Of a DNA stretch of 64,000 nucleotides, positions 63,971 to 64,000 are shown piece by piece. The first letter of the stretch is position 1. Each line of letters begins with the position of its first letter. The notes beneath the pieces are model-generated. The model made no database searches, was not told the DNA's origin, and worked only from the letters and a program-made list of their open reading frames with translations. The position numbers and the translations under genes were made by a program. The stretch comes from Candidatus Curtissbacteria bacterium. Its GTDB lineage: Bacteria > Patescibacteriota > Microgenomatia > Curtissbacterales > GWA2-41-24. Location: the NCBI GenBank assembly GCA_038326365.1, contig JBBQJY010000002.1, forward strand, positions 17,960 to 81,959, given 5' to 3'.

Positions 63971-64000
63971 TTATAGCTGAAAGAGAAGTCGGATAAAAGG

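Overview
The window is a gene-dense, roughly 40% GC bacterial chromosome segment. Its gene content and architecture resemble a reduced-genome Patescibacteria/CPR-like organism: many short genes, several type IV pilin paralogs, an archaeal-type ATP-dependent DNA ligase, a cupin-type phosphoglucose isomerase, and a stand-alone 16S rRNA gene. This placement is my inference, not a database result. I can support the following from the sequence. A 16S rRNA gene lies on the minus strand at about 8566-10015, with no 23S or 5S beside it. There are five tRNAs: Ile-GAT, Cys-GCA, two with anticodon CAT (one with an initiator-like acceptor stem), and an unusual Ile-TAT. The F1Fo ATP synthase operon atpBEFHAGDC is complete. 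Housekeeping genes present are pgk, folC, glmS, uppS, ispH, idi, pth, recF, fpg, ftsH, trpS, nadK and a family-4 uracil-DNA glycosylase. Lineage-typical cargo includes a tandem array of five divergent type IV pilin-like genes and a conserved operon Fic – Tpt1/KptA-like ART-fold protein – small ORF – ATP-dependent ligase. It also includes a second, catalytically degenerate mini-ligase; an isopentenyl-diphosphate isomerase (IDI)-like/polyprenyl-synthase fusion beside a canonical idi; and a membrane-anchored ClpC-like AAA+ protein next to LuxR-type regulators. A LicC-like cytidylyltransferase / CDP-alcohol phosphotransferase / class-V aminotransferase cluster is present. A VirD4/TraD-like coupling ATPase with a pseudopilin-like neighbour sits at the right edge. 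A tRNA–wHTH–tRNA–integrase neighbourhood may be a mobile-element remnant. All functional calls come from motif recognition by eye and no searches were run.
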